Assembly: GCA_964019335.1 (NCBI GenBank)
Contig: OZ025666.1
Location: 434,001-498,000 of the forward strand
DNA from: Diplonema japonicum
Lineage: Eukaryota > Protista > Euglenozoa: Diplonemea
Direction: 5' to 3'
DNA length: 64,000 nt
Numbering within the stretch: the stretch's first letter is position 1; the number at the start of each line of letters is the position of its first letter. Of this stretch, positions 8,979 to 17,914 are shown piece by piece. A program made the translations under genes and the position numbers. A model generated the notes under the pieces. That model was not told the DNA's origin and did not search any database. It worked only from the letters and a program-made list of their open reading frames with translations.

Positions 8979-11900
8979 ATGTCCTCGCCTACAGTACCAA
9001 AGCCCCCGTTGGAGCGGCGAAAGTCGAGCAGGAAGGGGTCGAAAATGAAGATTCCCACCGAGCTAGCGTCTGTGCACAGGTCAATACAAGATGAGCGGAA
9101 GTCACTGTACGCTAAGGGTAGCGATTCCATGCTGCGGGGCTACGCGCTGCTGGAGCTCGATGCTGTCGAAAACGATCTGGTGCTGGCTATCCAAGAGAAA
9201 GAGAACATGCTTGACACCCTCACAAGAGAGATCCAAGTGCAAATGAATGTCAACAACGAACAGGAAAATGACCTAGAAACACGATTGCAAGCTAGACTGG
9301 ACTACTTCGTGAAGCGCCTAGAGGCACAAAGATCTGAAGAGCTCGTGAAGACCGACAAGTTTGTGATGTCCTTGCGGAACATAGAAATAACACTGCAAAG
9401 GGTAGAGCGAGAGGAAGCCCTGTACCGCCAGCAACTAACCGAGAGGTTGCAACCCAAATCAACCCATTCTATGCTAGCACCCAGCACTGAGGTCATGACA
9501 CCGATCCTTGAGGTCGCGGACTTCACGTCCGCCCCCCGCTCCACTCCACCTCTTGTATGGGAAGTCGCTGAGTCCCTCCGTGCATTTACTTGTCCACACG
9601 ACTGCACTATGTGGGAGGCCACTATAATACGCTCGCTTCTTGTCGACACCCGTATGATGGCCACGAGGCATGCCAACTTCATGCCATGGGAAACTACTGT
9701 GCCCCTCTATCTCTACACTTATGAATATTCACGGGAGTGTCTTTGGGCTGAGAAAACTAATGACACCTGGGCCCTGATCTCTAACATGAAAGAAATGGAG
9801 GAAGCTTACAACAGCGCAGGTGACTTCACTGTGAACGACGTCGTGTTCCGCGAGGAGCACAAGGCGCACGGCATCCAATGGTTCAAAGGGGTCCAGCCTG
9901 ACGGGACAGCATGGTTGGTGAGGTACTCGAAACCGAAAGTCGCCAGCAGGGACATTTACTCTGACCCTCTCTGCAGCACAACGCTGTGGATGTGCAACGA
10001 TTCTCCTGAGTGTCTGGTGCCGCCCTCGATCTTGGAGTATGTGTATTCCCGTCCCTCTGACGAGATCGTTGGCTTCAGTGATGCACCCGAAGGCCACAAA
10101 TGGTCAGCTATCCCTTACGAGCACAAGGGCGCACGATGGGTCCTTGATTCTTGCAAGGGAAGCAAGACACCGGATAGGGAGTCGGTACAGCTGGCGAAGT
10201 CAGTAAAGGACGCTGTACTGAAGGGAGAGCCTGCCACGGCAGTCAGCATAACATGCGAGAAGCTGTCTAATATTGCGGGCAGCGTTGAGATCACATTGAA
10301 TGCGGCATTGGAGACAATGAGTATGAACTTGGGCGAAGCAGTGAACGTGATGCTGCCTTATGACAGTACGCATGCAGAGCATCCTCTGAGCTTTGTAAGG
10401 TCTTGCTCTGAAGGGCAGGGTGTGAGTGCTGTTGATGAGGCCTTTTCTCTGCTTAACGTGGAGCACCCATCTGTCGTCATTGCCATGACATCGAAGCTCT
10501 TCACCGTTGAGGAGGTGCAGGAGCACCTCAGGACACTCTCCTCATCGCTCGTTGTACACTGCATCACGAGCGACGACGGCCTTGCAGGTCTGGGTACCAT
10601 CTTCAGCGATAACGGTCTTCAGCACTCTGGCATCGCACTCCTTGCACTCAAAGACACAGGTGCGCAGGCAGGCACCTTCCTGACCTATCCCAAAGCAAGC
10701 AAAGACATCGTCCCTGCTGTGAAGGCAGCGGCTGCGAATGCTGGGTGGACTCCAGCAGCACCACCACCCATGTTCACTCTCATCACTGCACCTTTAACTA
10801 TGAGCTACACAGACGCCACAGATGCCATACTCACTGTGTTCGGCAAGCGGCACACGACCATCGTCACCACAGGCCACTCCAACTACTTGCAAGTCACCGT
10901 CGTGTGGCTGTCATACCCCGTGGAGGTGTCGCACCACCTGCTGTCGTCTTTCAGACCAATTGAGGTGCAAGGCTTCATCACTTCTTGCGAGGAAGGCTAC
11001 ATCCTGAGCATAAATGGGAAGCCAGCAGCAGAAGAGTACAACAGGTGGTGCGGGGGGTCGCTTAAGGACCTGATAGAAGAGGGGAAGGAGAAAGGGATAA
11101 TGAAGCAATTCACAGAAAAGGTGGCATGTTTGCAATACTTAGAGACAGAGGTGGAAGTGGAGGTTGCAGGATCGATTATACACAAGAAGATGTGCATACT
11201 ACCGCAGGGAGTGACACCCAAAGGAGCGCTGAAGGTGACAGAGCGTGTCGTTGAAGGGAATGTGAGGTGTTGTGTGGTTGGTGATGCTGGACCTGCTGTG
11301 CAGGAGGCAGTGTTCGGGTCTTCCTTGCAGCGGTCCGAGGTGAAGGCTGCGATGCTCTACGTCCCGTCTCAGATGAGCTTCGATGAGCAGCAGGTCGAGA
11401 GCCTTGTCGCTGCCTTGCAGGGAGAACTACCGACAGTGCCCGTCATAGGGTGCTTCACATCTGAGAGGTCGGGGTCGTACATGCGAGGAGGCTCTGTCAT
11501 GTCTTCAGCGTTGCCACTGCTCATGCTGATCGGCGTACCTCCACCTTCGCAGAAAGAGCTCCCCACCCCACCGAAGATAGATATCTCGCTCTCGTCTCAA
11601 AGGGTGTTCATCGGCAGGTCGCAGCTTACCTTGACACCTGGGATGCTAGCAGCACCACACCGCTACGAGATACCCATCCAAACGAATAAGAAAAGCCACA
11701 CGCGGCCACCCACGCACCAGCCGACGATGACACTTTTTCTAGAGAGTAAGCTTGACCACGAACACAGCATCGACCCCCAGATCCTCGCTGCCATGTTCCG
11801 CAAAAAAGGTATCGTAAGTAGAGGCGGCATCTCCCCTAATGGGGCGAGGGACTTCTTATCCCTGCAAATCCTTTCATGGCAGGCCGTGAAAAAAACATAC

Positions 11901-12761
11901 CTGTTGTCCCTCACGGGCGAAGTCCCTCTCATGGTCGACTTGACGCAGCCGCTGCCAGAGTTGCGATATTCCCTTCTTGATGATAAAAACAAGGAAGACC
12001 ACACGTGTGGTGCCTGTGGCTTGCGTAGCTTGCACGTGATGCCCGATGGCTTCCTCCCGTCCCCGATGCTGTGTGCTTCATGTGCTTTTGAACGTCTCGT
12101 TATACGCCTGACCCGTATAGTGAACCCGTGCACCTACCAGTTGAGCACGATAGTTGAACACGCGCTCTCAAGTAAGGGCACGCGAAGGGAGACAGACCTT
12201 CCCATTGTGCAGGTTCGCGATAAGAAATACCTCCTGAATGAGACGGAGCATAACGGTGTGTGGCCCCTGTCGTATAACGGAAAGCCCCTTGCAGACGGCA
12301 GGGTCAATCTGTTTGGGTGGCCTTTGGACATGGTGGGGCCCTTTATTGTATCCTTGGATGTGGCTCTGCGTAGAGGGGAACCACGAGGGGTGTCGAGGCT
12401 GTCGTTTCGCACGATAAAAAGTGAGGACGTGGGCACAGGGTACAGGGAGGGTGGGGTGTTCAGATGGTCGGGGTTCTCCGAAGCGCGGCGGTCATGCAAT
12501 GCTTCTGAAAACCCGAACGAAGCGAAGGTGTTCAGCATACGAACCACGTCCACGGTTAGATCCATTTCACAATGGAGTCGCCTCCCAAGGGATATGCCCT
12601 TCCTCTCCCCGATCGACACATGCTACGTGGTAAATAAGGTCGACGCAGACGGTCACCACATCGAAGAGATCACTGAAGCCCGTGCACTCTCTGTCGTGCG
12701 GAAGACCATCCTGCTTGAAGGCAAATATTACACCGCTGAGGACCTTGTGGCATTGCTCTAA
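8979..12761 (+). CDS. Coiled-coil + FIST domain + C-terminal ADP-ribosyltransferase-like domain protein
   Basis: FIST-like ITSCEEGYILSINGKPAAEEYNRW and ELPTVPVIGCFT; ART-like SFRTI...Y..GGVFRWSGFS...VFSI...RSISQWSRLP; a CxxC..CxxC zinc knuckle. Confidence 0.6.
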   Translation: MSSPTVPKPPLERRKSSRKGSKMKIPTELASVHRSIQDERKSLYAKGSDSMLRGYALLELDAVENDLVLAIQEKENMLDTLTREIQVQMNVNNEQENDLETRLQARLDYFVKRLEAQRSEELVKTDKFVMSLRNIEITLQRVEREEALYRQQLTERLQPKSTHSMLAPSTEVMTPILEVADFTSAPRSTPPLVWEVAESLRAFTCPHDCTMWEATIIRSLLVDTRMMATRHANFMPWETTVPLYLYTYEYSRECLWAEKTNDTWALISNMKEMEEAYNSAGDFTVNDVVFREEHKAHGIQWFKGVQPDGTAWLVRYSKPKVASRDIYSDPLCSTTLWMCNDSPECLVPPSILEYVYSRPSDEIVGFSDAPEGHKWSAIPYEHKGARWVLDSCKGSKTPDRESVQLAKSVKDAVLKGEPATAVSITCEKLSNIAGSVEITLNAALETMSMNLGEAVNVMLPYDSTHAEHPLSFVRSCSEGQGVSAVDEAFSLLNVEHPSVVIAMTSKLFTVEEVQEHLRTLSSSLVVHCITSDDGLAGLGTIFSDNGLQHSGIALLALKDTGAQAGTFLTYPKASKDIVPAVKAAAANAGWTPAAPPPMFTLITAPLTMSYTDATDAILTVFGKRHTTIVTTGHSNYLQVTVVWLSYPVEVSHHLLSSFRPIEVQGFITSCEEGYILSINGKPAAEEYNRWCGGSLKDLIEEGKEKGIMKQFTEKVACLQYLETEVEVEVAGSIIHKKMCILPQGVTPKGALKVTERVVEGNVRCCVVGDAGPAVQEAVFGSSLQRSEVKAAMLYVPSQMSFDEQQVESLVAALQGELPTVPVIGCFTSERSGSYMRGGSVMSSALPLLMLIGVPPPSQKELPTPPKIDISLSSQRVFIGRSQLTLTPGMLAAPHRYEIPIQTNKKSHTRPPTHQPTMTLFLESKLDHEHSIDPQILAAMFRKKGIVSRGGISPNGARDFLSLQILSWQAVKKTYLLSLTGEVPLMVDLTQPLPELRYSLLDDKNKEDHTCGACGLRSLHVMPDGFLPSPMLCASCAFERLVIRLTRIVNPCTYQLSTIVEHALSSKGTRRETDLPIVQVRDKKYLLNETEHNGVWPLSYNGKPLADGRVNLFGWPLDMVGPFIVSLDVALRRGEPRGVSRLSFRTIKSEDVGTGYREGGVFRWSGFSEARRSCNASENPNEAKVFSIRTTSTVRSISQWSRLPRDMPFLSPIDTCYVVNKVDADGHHIEEITEARALSVVRKTILLEGKYYTAEDLVALL

Positions 12762-12820
12762 TAGTATTTTCTTTATTTTATCCCGCTCCCTTGTTATGGA
12801 AACTATTTAGGGTCGTAACA

Positions 12821-15463
12821 ATGGAAGCAGATGGTGTAAGGGTGATACGCATTTCGGAGAAGGAAGCGTTGGGGATAAATCTTGATGGGGGAATGAGGAT
12901 TACGTCGGTGGTAAAGGGGAGCGCGGGTGAGGGGGCAGGGTTACGGGCAAGGATGCGGATAGTGGGAGTGAATGGGAAGGCAGTGAGTGATGTGGGTGAT
13001 GTGAAGAAGGCGATGGAGAATGACGAGGGTGAGCTACAGCTCCATGTCGAGGAAGAGGAGGGCTCGGAGACAGCTTCAACGTACGTAGATGATGAGTGCG
13101 CCACGATGGACGGGTCGGAGGACTGGGAAGGTTCAGAGCACGCCTCATGCCCCGTGCACACCCTTCACAAGTCGGCACCTGAAGACGAGATTGGCATGCA
13201 GTACTCGGACACAATGGTCATCACCCGTGTGGACCAGGGTTCTCTTGCAAGCTGCGGCGGCCTCGAGGTTGGCATGACCATCCTCCTCGTAAACCGTGCA
13301 CCCGTCACCCCTGATAGTCTCAGAAAGCTCCTCTCTTCAGGTCTCCTTACATTCGCCTTCACTGTGTCCACCTCTAAAGTCGCGCTTCCTAAGAAGTCAA
13401 AAATCTCCCTCAACCTCACCGGCATCGGGAAGAAGCTCACCTCTCTTGCCGGAGACCAAACTGCTGACAGCATAATGCTCCCAATGAACAAGAACAACGG
13501 CCTCACCACTATCTCCTACGAGGGCTACTGCAGAGTGCGCAGGGACACAGAGGCCTTCAAAAGACGAGTTGCGGAGCTTCAGGGAAAACACCAAAAATCT
13601 GTCACTGAGTGCAACAAGATGCGAGAATTTATCTCAAGCTCGCAAACACAGGCGGAGACCCTGAACGCAGAATGGCGCAAGCTGATGGATTTGATCAACA
13701 GATCGAAGCTGCCGTCATCGGCACAGAAGGTCATTCAGGAGATACAAGAGGCTGAGGAGAAGAAGGATGCGGATTTGGCAGACTTCATGGAAAAACAAGC
13801 TGTACTGAAGGCGGAGTTTAAGCAGCTGCGTGCTGAGAATGATGAGCTGCAGGAGCGTGTAAACGAGCTGCCACCAGAAGAGGAAGAGAAGCCACAGGAA
13901 CAGGAACAGACTGAAACACAGCAAAAAGAGAACCTCGAAAAGTTGATCAGCGGTGCCGAAGAGGAGCTGAAACATCTTGAAAAGGAGCAGGAAGGGAATT
14001 TGAAAAAGATCAGCCTCTTCGAAGGTCTTATCCAACAGACACAGCACGAGGCGGACCATCAGAAGCAAGTCGTCGCGCAACGTGAGCAGCATATAGAAGA
14101 GCTCAGAAAAACCAACACTCAAGCACGCGAGGACAGGACAGCAATGACTCTTGAAGTCCAAAAGGGACAGGAGCAGCTCGAAAAAACCGTGAACAGCCTG
14201 ATGGCCAAGGTGAAAGAAGCGGGAAATGAGAAGGACAAGCACATAGCCAAAGCCTCGGAGGAATTGATCAAGAAGCAGGAAGAGGAGAACGACCTGCACA
14301 CGAAGCTAAAGGACGCAGAGAACGAGATCGAAGCTTTCAAGCTGACGAACACGACGCTAGCAAAGGCCAACTCAGAGTTGAAGACAGCACAGGCTGAATA
14401 TCTGTCGCGTATCGAAGAGCTGGACAAGCGGCTGGCGGATATCAACGACATCATGTCCAGCTGCAACGACATCGAGCAGGACAGGGACAGGAGGAAGGCA
14501 GAGATGGCTGTTCGTGAAACACAGGTAAGCGAGCTCAGAGAGCTGAACAAGAAGCTGACAGAAGAGGCTGAAACGTCGGAAAAAGACCTCAAGGAGCTGA
14601 CGAAAAAGTTCCAAGAAGCCGAACAAATAAACAACATACACCGCGATACGCTGGCAAAGGGCGCTGCAAGGCTGTGCGAACTCGAGCCCTTAGACCTTCG
14701 TGTCACACAGCTTCAAGAACAGCTTGAAGAAGAGTCGTGCAAGCGAGACACAGAACGTGGTGTATGCTACGAACTGTTGGATAACATTGACACAGCGGCA
14801 GAGACTCTTCAAGAGCTGGAAGCCTCGCAGGCACAAGCGGAGAAAGAGGCTGAAGTGCTTGAAGAGCAGACAGCGGCATATATGTTAGAAGTAGAGTCCT
14901 TCTCTGACCAGTTCAAGACTGTCATCGCCAAGCACCAGAAAAACCTTGCAGAATGCAAGGCGGCGCAGAAGGAAGAGCTCAACACACAGACGTCGAACAT
15001 CAAACAGCTGCAGAGGAAGCTAGCCAGCACAGAGGGGAGGTACAAGGATTGCACGTTAAAAATGCAAAAGCTCGAGGCGAATCTACGGGCTTCAGGAGGC
15101 TCTGGCAAGTCAATAGAAATGCTTCAAGAAGAGAACTCCGAGCTGTTGAAGAAGGTGGCACGACAGCAGAGTCGGTTGCGCAGTACGGAGCTTGGCAAGA
15201 AAGCATCGCAGGCGACACTTAAAGCTAAGCAGATAGAGTCTCTTAAGAAAGACACTGTTCTCAGTAGGTACGTGACTCCGAGCACAAGCTGTGCAACTTC
15301 CTTTTCCGAGTCTTCTCCAAAGCGCTTCCTTTCTAAGCTTAAGCTCAAGCAGAAATGCACACCCCACATGCAGCATGTCATAGAGGAGCTCCTTTATGAG
15401 AACAGCAACCTCATCAGAGACATCGAAGCATGTAAGCGAAGGCTGCAGGAGCAGAACAAGTGA
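12821..15463 (+). CDS. Tandem PDZ domains + long coiled-coil protein
   Basis: LGINLDGGMRITSVVKGSAGEGAGLRARMRIVGVNG and IGMQYSDTMVITRVDQGSLASCGGLEVGMTILLVN, followed by ~600 aa of E/K/Q/L heptads. Confidence 0.85.
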   Translation: MEADGVRVIRISEKEALGINLDGGMRITSVVKGSAGEGAGLRARMRIVGVNGKAVSDVGDVKKAMENDEGELQLHVEEEEGSETASTYVDDECATMDGSEDWEGSEHASCPVHTLHKSAPEDEIGMQYSDTMVITRVDQGSLASCGGLEVGMTILLVNRAPVTPDSLRKLLSSGLLTFAFTVSTSKVALPKKSKISLNLTGIGKKLTSLAGDQTADSIMLPMNKNNGLTTISYEGYCRVRRDTEAFKRRVAELQGKHQKSVTECNKMREFISSSQTQAETLNAEWRKLMDLINRSKLPSSAQKVIQEIQEAEEKKDADLADFMEKQAVLKAEFKQLRAENDELQERVNELPPEEEEKPQEQEQTETQQKENLEKLISGAEEELKHLEKEQEGNLKKISLFEGLIQQTQHEADHQKQVVAQREQHIEELRKTNTQAREDRTAMTLEVQKGQEQLEKTVNSLMAKVKEAGNEKDKHIAKASEELIKKQEEENDLHTKLKDAENEIEAFKLTNTTLAKANSELKTAQAEYLSRIEELDKRLADINDIMSSCNDIEQDRDRRKAEMAVRETQVSELRELNKKLTEEAETSEKDLKELTKKFQEAEQINNIHRDTLAKGAARLCELEPLDLRVTQLQEQLEEESCKRDTERGVCYELLDNIDTAAETLQELEASQAQAEKEAEVLEEQTAAYMLEVESFSDQFKTVIAKHQKNLAECKAAQKEELNTQTSNIKQLQRKLASTEGRYKDCTLKMQKLEANLRASGGSGKSIEMLQEENSELLKKVARQQSRLRSTELGKKASQATLKAKQIESLKKDTVLSRYVTPSTSCATSFSESSPKRFLSKLKLKQKCTPHMQHVIEELLYENSNLIRDIEACKRRLQEQNK

Positions 15464-15698
15464 CCCATGCAAGAGGAAACAAAAAAAGGGAAGATAGAAA
15501 AAAGAATAGAAAGAACGCAAGAGAATGGAATTCAAATGCGAATTCAGAAACACCTTTCCCCCCCACACCTACCCCACGTTCCCCTTCGGATTTCTTTCCA
15601 AAAAAAAAAAAAAAAAGAGAATGACTATTTTTTGTTGTATTTTCAACCTTGCTGCTCCCCCCCCCCCCCCCCCCCGCTAGTTTTGAATAAACATCTGA

Positions 15699-15771
15699 AT
15701 GATGACCACATCATATCCACTAAGCGTTTTGATGAAGAGTCTTAAAATCTACAATGTCATAGTTACTCTGA
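15699..15771 (+). ncRNA. C/D snoRNA, LSU helix 69 guide (copy a)
   Basis: Box C ATGATGA, box D CTGA. GTCATAGTTACT is antisense to rRNA AGUAACUAUGAC; the D+5 rule gives the yeast Am2256-equivalent. Confidence 0.9.
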
Positions 15772-15798
15772 TATTGTTAAGGGGATTGCCTTATTTGA

Positions 15799-15899
15799 AT
15801 GATGAGAAACAAAATTCATAGATCTCGTTCGTCTGAGCAGACTTCCATTTTTTTGGAGGGCTGCGTGTGACTGATAAGAATTTTCGGCCTTCAAGCTGA
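15799..15899 (+). ncRNA. Double-guide C/D snoRNA (SSU + LSU; copy a)
   Basis: Box C ATGATGA. ATCTCGTTCGT-CTGA is antisense to SSU ACGAACGAGA; internal hairpin; TTCGGCCTTCAAG-CTGA is antisense to LSU UUGAAGGCCGAA. Confidence 0.85.
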
Positions 15900-15947
15900 C
15901 GCATGCCGCAAACGGAAAGAAGGGGCGCTCAACCTTCACACATGCAC

Positions 15948-16016
15948 CCCCCGCATTTAAGGCAAGGGAATGAAGTAGTTAGTCTTGTTTATCCCTAGTC
16001 ATTGTGGGGCAGAAAT
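15948..16016 (+). ncRNA. Single-hairpin AGA-box (H/ACA-like) guide RNA, helix 69 (copy a)
   Basis: CCCCGCA/TGTGGGG stem, then AGA+3 nt. Pockets TTAAGG and GTCAT flank AUGAC[UC]UCUUAA, the yeast psi2264-equivalent. Confidence 0.8.
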
Positions 16017-16034
16017 AAAGAATAAAAAAAGAAT

Positions 16035-16105
16035 ACCAGAAACACTCCACGGTTGCCCTCTTCCCTTAAGTGGAGGTGATGACCACCAGACCCCTGGTTA
16101 GAGAT
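16035..16105 (+). ncRNA. AGA-box guide-like RNA, target not identified (copy a of 3)
   Basis: ACCAG/CTGGT and CTCCAC/GTGGAG stems, then AGA+3. Identical copies start at 16328 and 17076. Confidence 0.7.
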
Positions 16106-16138
16106 CTTTGAGAAGGTCGATGTGGCGTGCATCGTGCA

Positions 16139-16201
16139 TCGTCCCTCGCTATGCCTGCTGAGCGGACATGCCCAGGAGAGTACGTAAGGGGCGAGAGATG
16201 T
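16139..16201 (+). ncRNA. AGA-box guide RNA (copy a)
   Basis: TCGTCCCT/AGGGGCGA and CCTG/CAGG stems, then AGA. 5' pocket CGCTATG. Confidence 0.65.
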
Positions 16202-16226
16202 GCTGTGGGCGATGCTCTGGTATGAT

Positions 16227-16290
16227 CATCCCGCGGTGCCTGTCGGGCTGCATTTCGTGCTTGAGAGTGTACGTATGGGATGGGAGAGGG
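16227..16290 (+). ncRNA. AGA-box guide RNA candidate
   Basis: CATCCCG/TGGGATG basal stem, internal loop, upper stem, then AGA+3. Confidence 0.6.
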
Positions 16291-16327
16291 AGGGCCGGTG
16301 TGGGGGATTAAATATAGATAAGATTAT

Positions 16328-16398
16328 ACCAGAAACACTCCACGGTTGCCCTCTTCCCTTAAGTGGAGGTGATGACCACCAGACCCCTGGTTAGATGT
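16328..16398 (+). ncRNA. AGA-box guide-like RNA (copy b of 16035)
   Basis: Identity with 16035 stops right after the AGA box, which supports the proposed boundary. Confidence 0.7.
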
Positions 16399-16422
16399 TT
16401 TCCCCATGTGGGCACAGAAAGA

Positions 16423-16493
16423 CAGAAGCATCCCATTCCTTCACGTTGTTTCCCAGTTAGTGAAAAGAAGCGGAAAGAGGGAGGCTGAGACAC
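16423..16493 (+). ncRNA. AGA-box guide RNA candidate
   Basis: Hairpin (TCCC/GGGA, TTCAC/GTGAA) followed by AGA+3, inside the snoRNA cluster. Confidence 0.5.
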
Positions 16494-16530
16494 CCGCATT
16501 GGAGGGACAGCTGCAGCAGCATTCTGCAAA

Positions 16531-16598
16531 CCTTCACCATTACCCCCCAGCGTAGCTTTTTGAAGTGTGCTGGAGGGCAAGTTTGGAAGGTGAGAGTG
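16531..16598 (+). ncRNA. AGA-box guide RNA candidate
   Basis: CCTTC/GAAGG basal stem, CCAGCG/TGCTGG upper stem, then AGA+3. Confidence 0.65.
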
Positions 16599-16654
16599 GA
16601 AGAGAAGCAGCTGAGGTCTTTTGTGTGGTGGTGAGGAGGGGCAAGAAAACCGAC

Positions 16655-16727
16655 ATGATGACCACATCATATCCACTAAATTTTCTGATGAAGAGTCTTA
16701 AAATCTACAATGTCATAGTTACTCTGA
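16655..16727 (+). ncRNA. C/D snoRNA, helix 69 guide (copy b)
   Basis: Near-identical to 15699-15771; differences are confined to the internal linker. Confidence 0.9.
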
Positions 16728-16782
16728 TCTCTCTCCGTTTTTTTCCCTTTGCTCACTTTTTCAAAAACAAAACAAGAATAAC

Positions 16783-16851
16783 CCCCCGCATTTAAGGCAA
16801 GGGAATGAAGCATTTAGTCTTGTTTATCCCTAGTCATTGTGGGGCAGATAG
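16783..16851 (+). ncRNA. AGA-box guide RNA, helix 69 (copy b)
   Basis: Near-identical to 15948-16016; differences lie in the apical loop. Confidence 0.8.
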
Positions 16852-16857
16852 GGATTC

Positions 16858-16926
16858 CTGATGAGCAGGGCTTTCAGGAGGGCAGCAGCACAGCCGTGTG
16901 ATGACCAACACGAGGCATTTGTCTGA
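16858..16926 (+). ncRNA. C/D snoRNA, LSU helix 70/71 guide
   Basis: TGATGA, internal GTGATGA, and ACGAGGCATTTG-T-CTGA antisense to CAAAUGCCUCGU; D+5 gives the yeast Am2281-equivalent. Confidence 0.85.
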
Positions 16927-16988
16927 ACACCTTTTGCGACGATTATAAAAACGTGACCCCCTCTCCTTTTTTTTTGCACCTGTCCCAC

Positions 16989-17055
16989 CGGGGTGCAATT
17001 CTGCTGGGCTGAACACCCCCATGTCCTTCATCAGCGGGAAACACCCCGCAGATCA
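16989..17055 (+). ncRNA. AGA-box guide RNA, LSU GUUUCCC[U]CAGGA site
   Basis: CGGGGTG/CACCCCG and GCTG/CAGC stems. Pockets GGGAAA and CAATTCT flank UUUCCC[UC]AGGAU; then AGA+3. Confidence 0.8.
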
Positions 17056-17075
17056 GTTCCACTTTTGCTTGCTAC

Positions 17076-17242
17076 ACCAGAAACACTCCACGGTTGCCCT
17101 CTTCCCTTAAGTGGAGGTGATGACCACCAGACCCCTGGTTAGAGATCTTTGAGAAGGTCGATGTGGCGTGCATCGTGCATCGTCCCTCGCTATGCCTGCT
17201 GAGCGGACATGCCCAGGAGAGTACGTAAGGGGCGAGAGATAA
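17076..17242 (+). ncRNA. Duplicated pair of AGA-box RNAs (17076-17146 and 17180-17242)
   Basis: The block is identical to 16035-16199. Confidence 0.7.
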
Positions 17243-17271
17243 CTTTGAGAACTTGATAACTTTCCTTCGGG

Positions 17272-17359
17272 ATGATGAGAAACAAAATTCATAGATCTCG
17301 TTCGTCTGAGCAGACTTCCATTTTTTTGGAGGGCTGCGTGTGACTGATAAGAATTTTCG
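17272..17359 (+). ncRNA. C/D snoRNA copy b of 15799, lacking the 3' LSU guide/D box
   Basis: Identical to 15799 up to GAATTTTCG, then diverges. Confidence 0.65.
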
Positions 17360-17416
17360 AAGCGGATCTTATTTTGCTGCCCCTCTCACTCTGTTGGCTG
17401 CAGGCCTTCACACCCT

Positions 17417-17502
17417 GTGATGAGAACAACGACATCAACACTCTCGTTCTTCTGATTTTAGTTATGAAGACAGATGTTTTGTTCATGCTTCTGCAATGCT
17501 GA
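17417..17502 (+). ncRNA. C/D snoRNA, 5.8S guide
   Basis: GTGATGA, internal CTGA, and TTCTGCAATG-CTGA antisense to 5.8S AUUGCAGAA; D+5 gives the Gm75-equivalent. Confidence 0.8.
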
Positions 17503-17541
17503 GGATATGCACAAAGTTGGTGAGAATGGGGAATTTGTGGC

Positions 17542-17639
17542 ATGATGACAAACCATGTTTAGTGTAGTGCGCATCTGACACCCCTCTTGCAGGTGGTGGT
17601 TGAGAATACATACATCGGTCTAGACTCGTTTATGACTGA
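17542..17639 (+). ncRNA. C/D snoRNA, SSU guide
   Basis: ATGATGA; AGTGTAGTGCGC-AT-CTGA is antisense to SSU GCGC(A/G)CUACACU; terminal CTGA. Confidence 0.8.
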
Positions 17640-17696
17640 CCTTTTTTTATACTTTTTCCAAGGATGTGTCCCAGGCTCCAGAGTGCCACCGTTTGT

Positions 17697-17792
17697 ATGA
17701 TGATCAGAGAATACAATCCAATGACTGCTGTTTCCATGAGAAGCCATCTTCGGTGACATAAATTGTTTTCTTCAAAGAATCTTCGAAGCTGA
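17697..17792 (+). ncRNA. C/D snoRNA, possible LSU A-loop guide
   Basis: ATGATGA; ACAATCCAA is antisense to UUGGAUUGU; terminal CTGA. Confidence 0.65.
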
Positions 17793-17914
17793 TATCAATG
17801 ATTTTCTTTTGCACTTTCCCATTCGTATCAAGGCCCTGTGTTAGATTCCAGTTGTTTTGTCTTCGAACCTCTTCCGCACAGCACAATCTTAATTTTTTCT
17901 CCTTCGACAAGAAA

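Noticed and set aside
15838-15865. ATTTTTTTG as the Sm site of an snRNA or SL RNA
   Set aside because: It sits in a hairpin between two rRNA guides of a C/D RNA, and no spliced-leader exon sequence is present.
15699-17400. CRISPR-like or simple tandem array reading of the repeated blocks
   Set aside because: Units are 60-165 nt, irregularly ordered, and carry C/D or AGA boxes with rRNA antisense elements.
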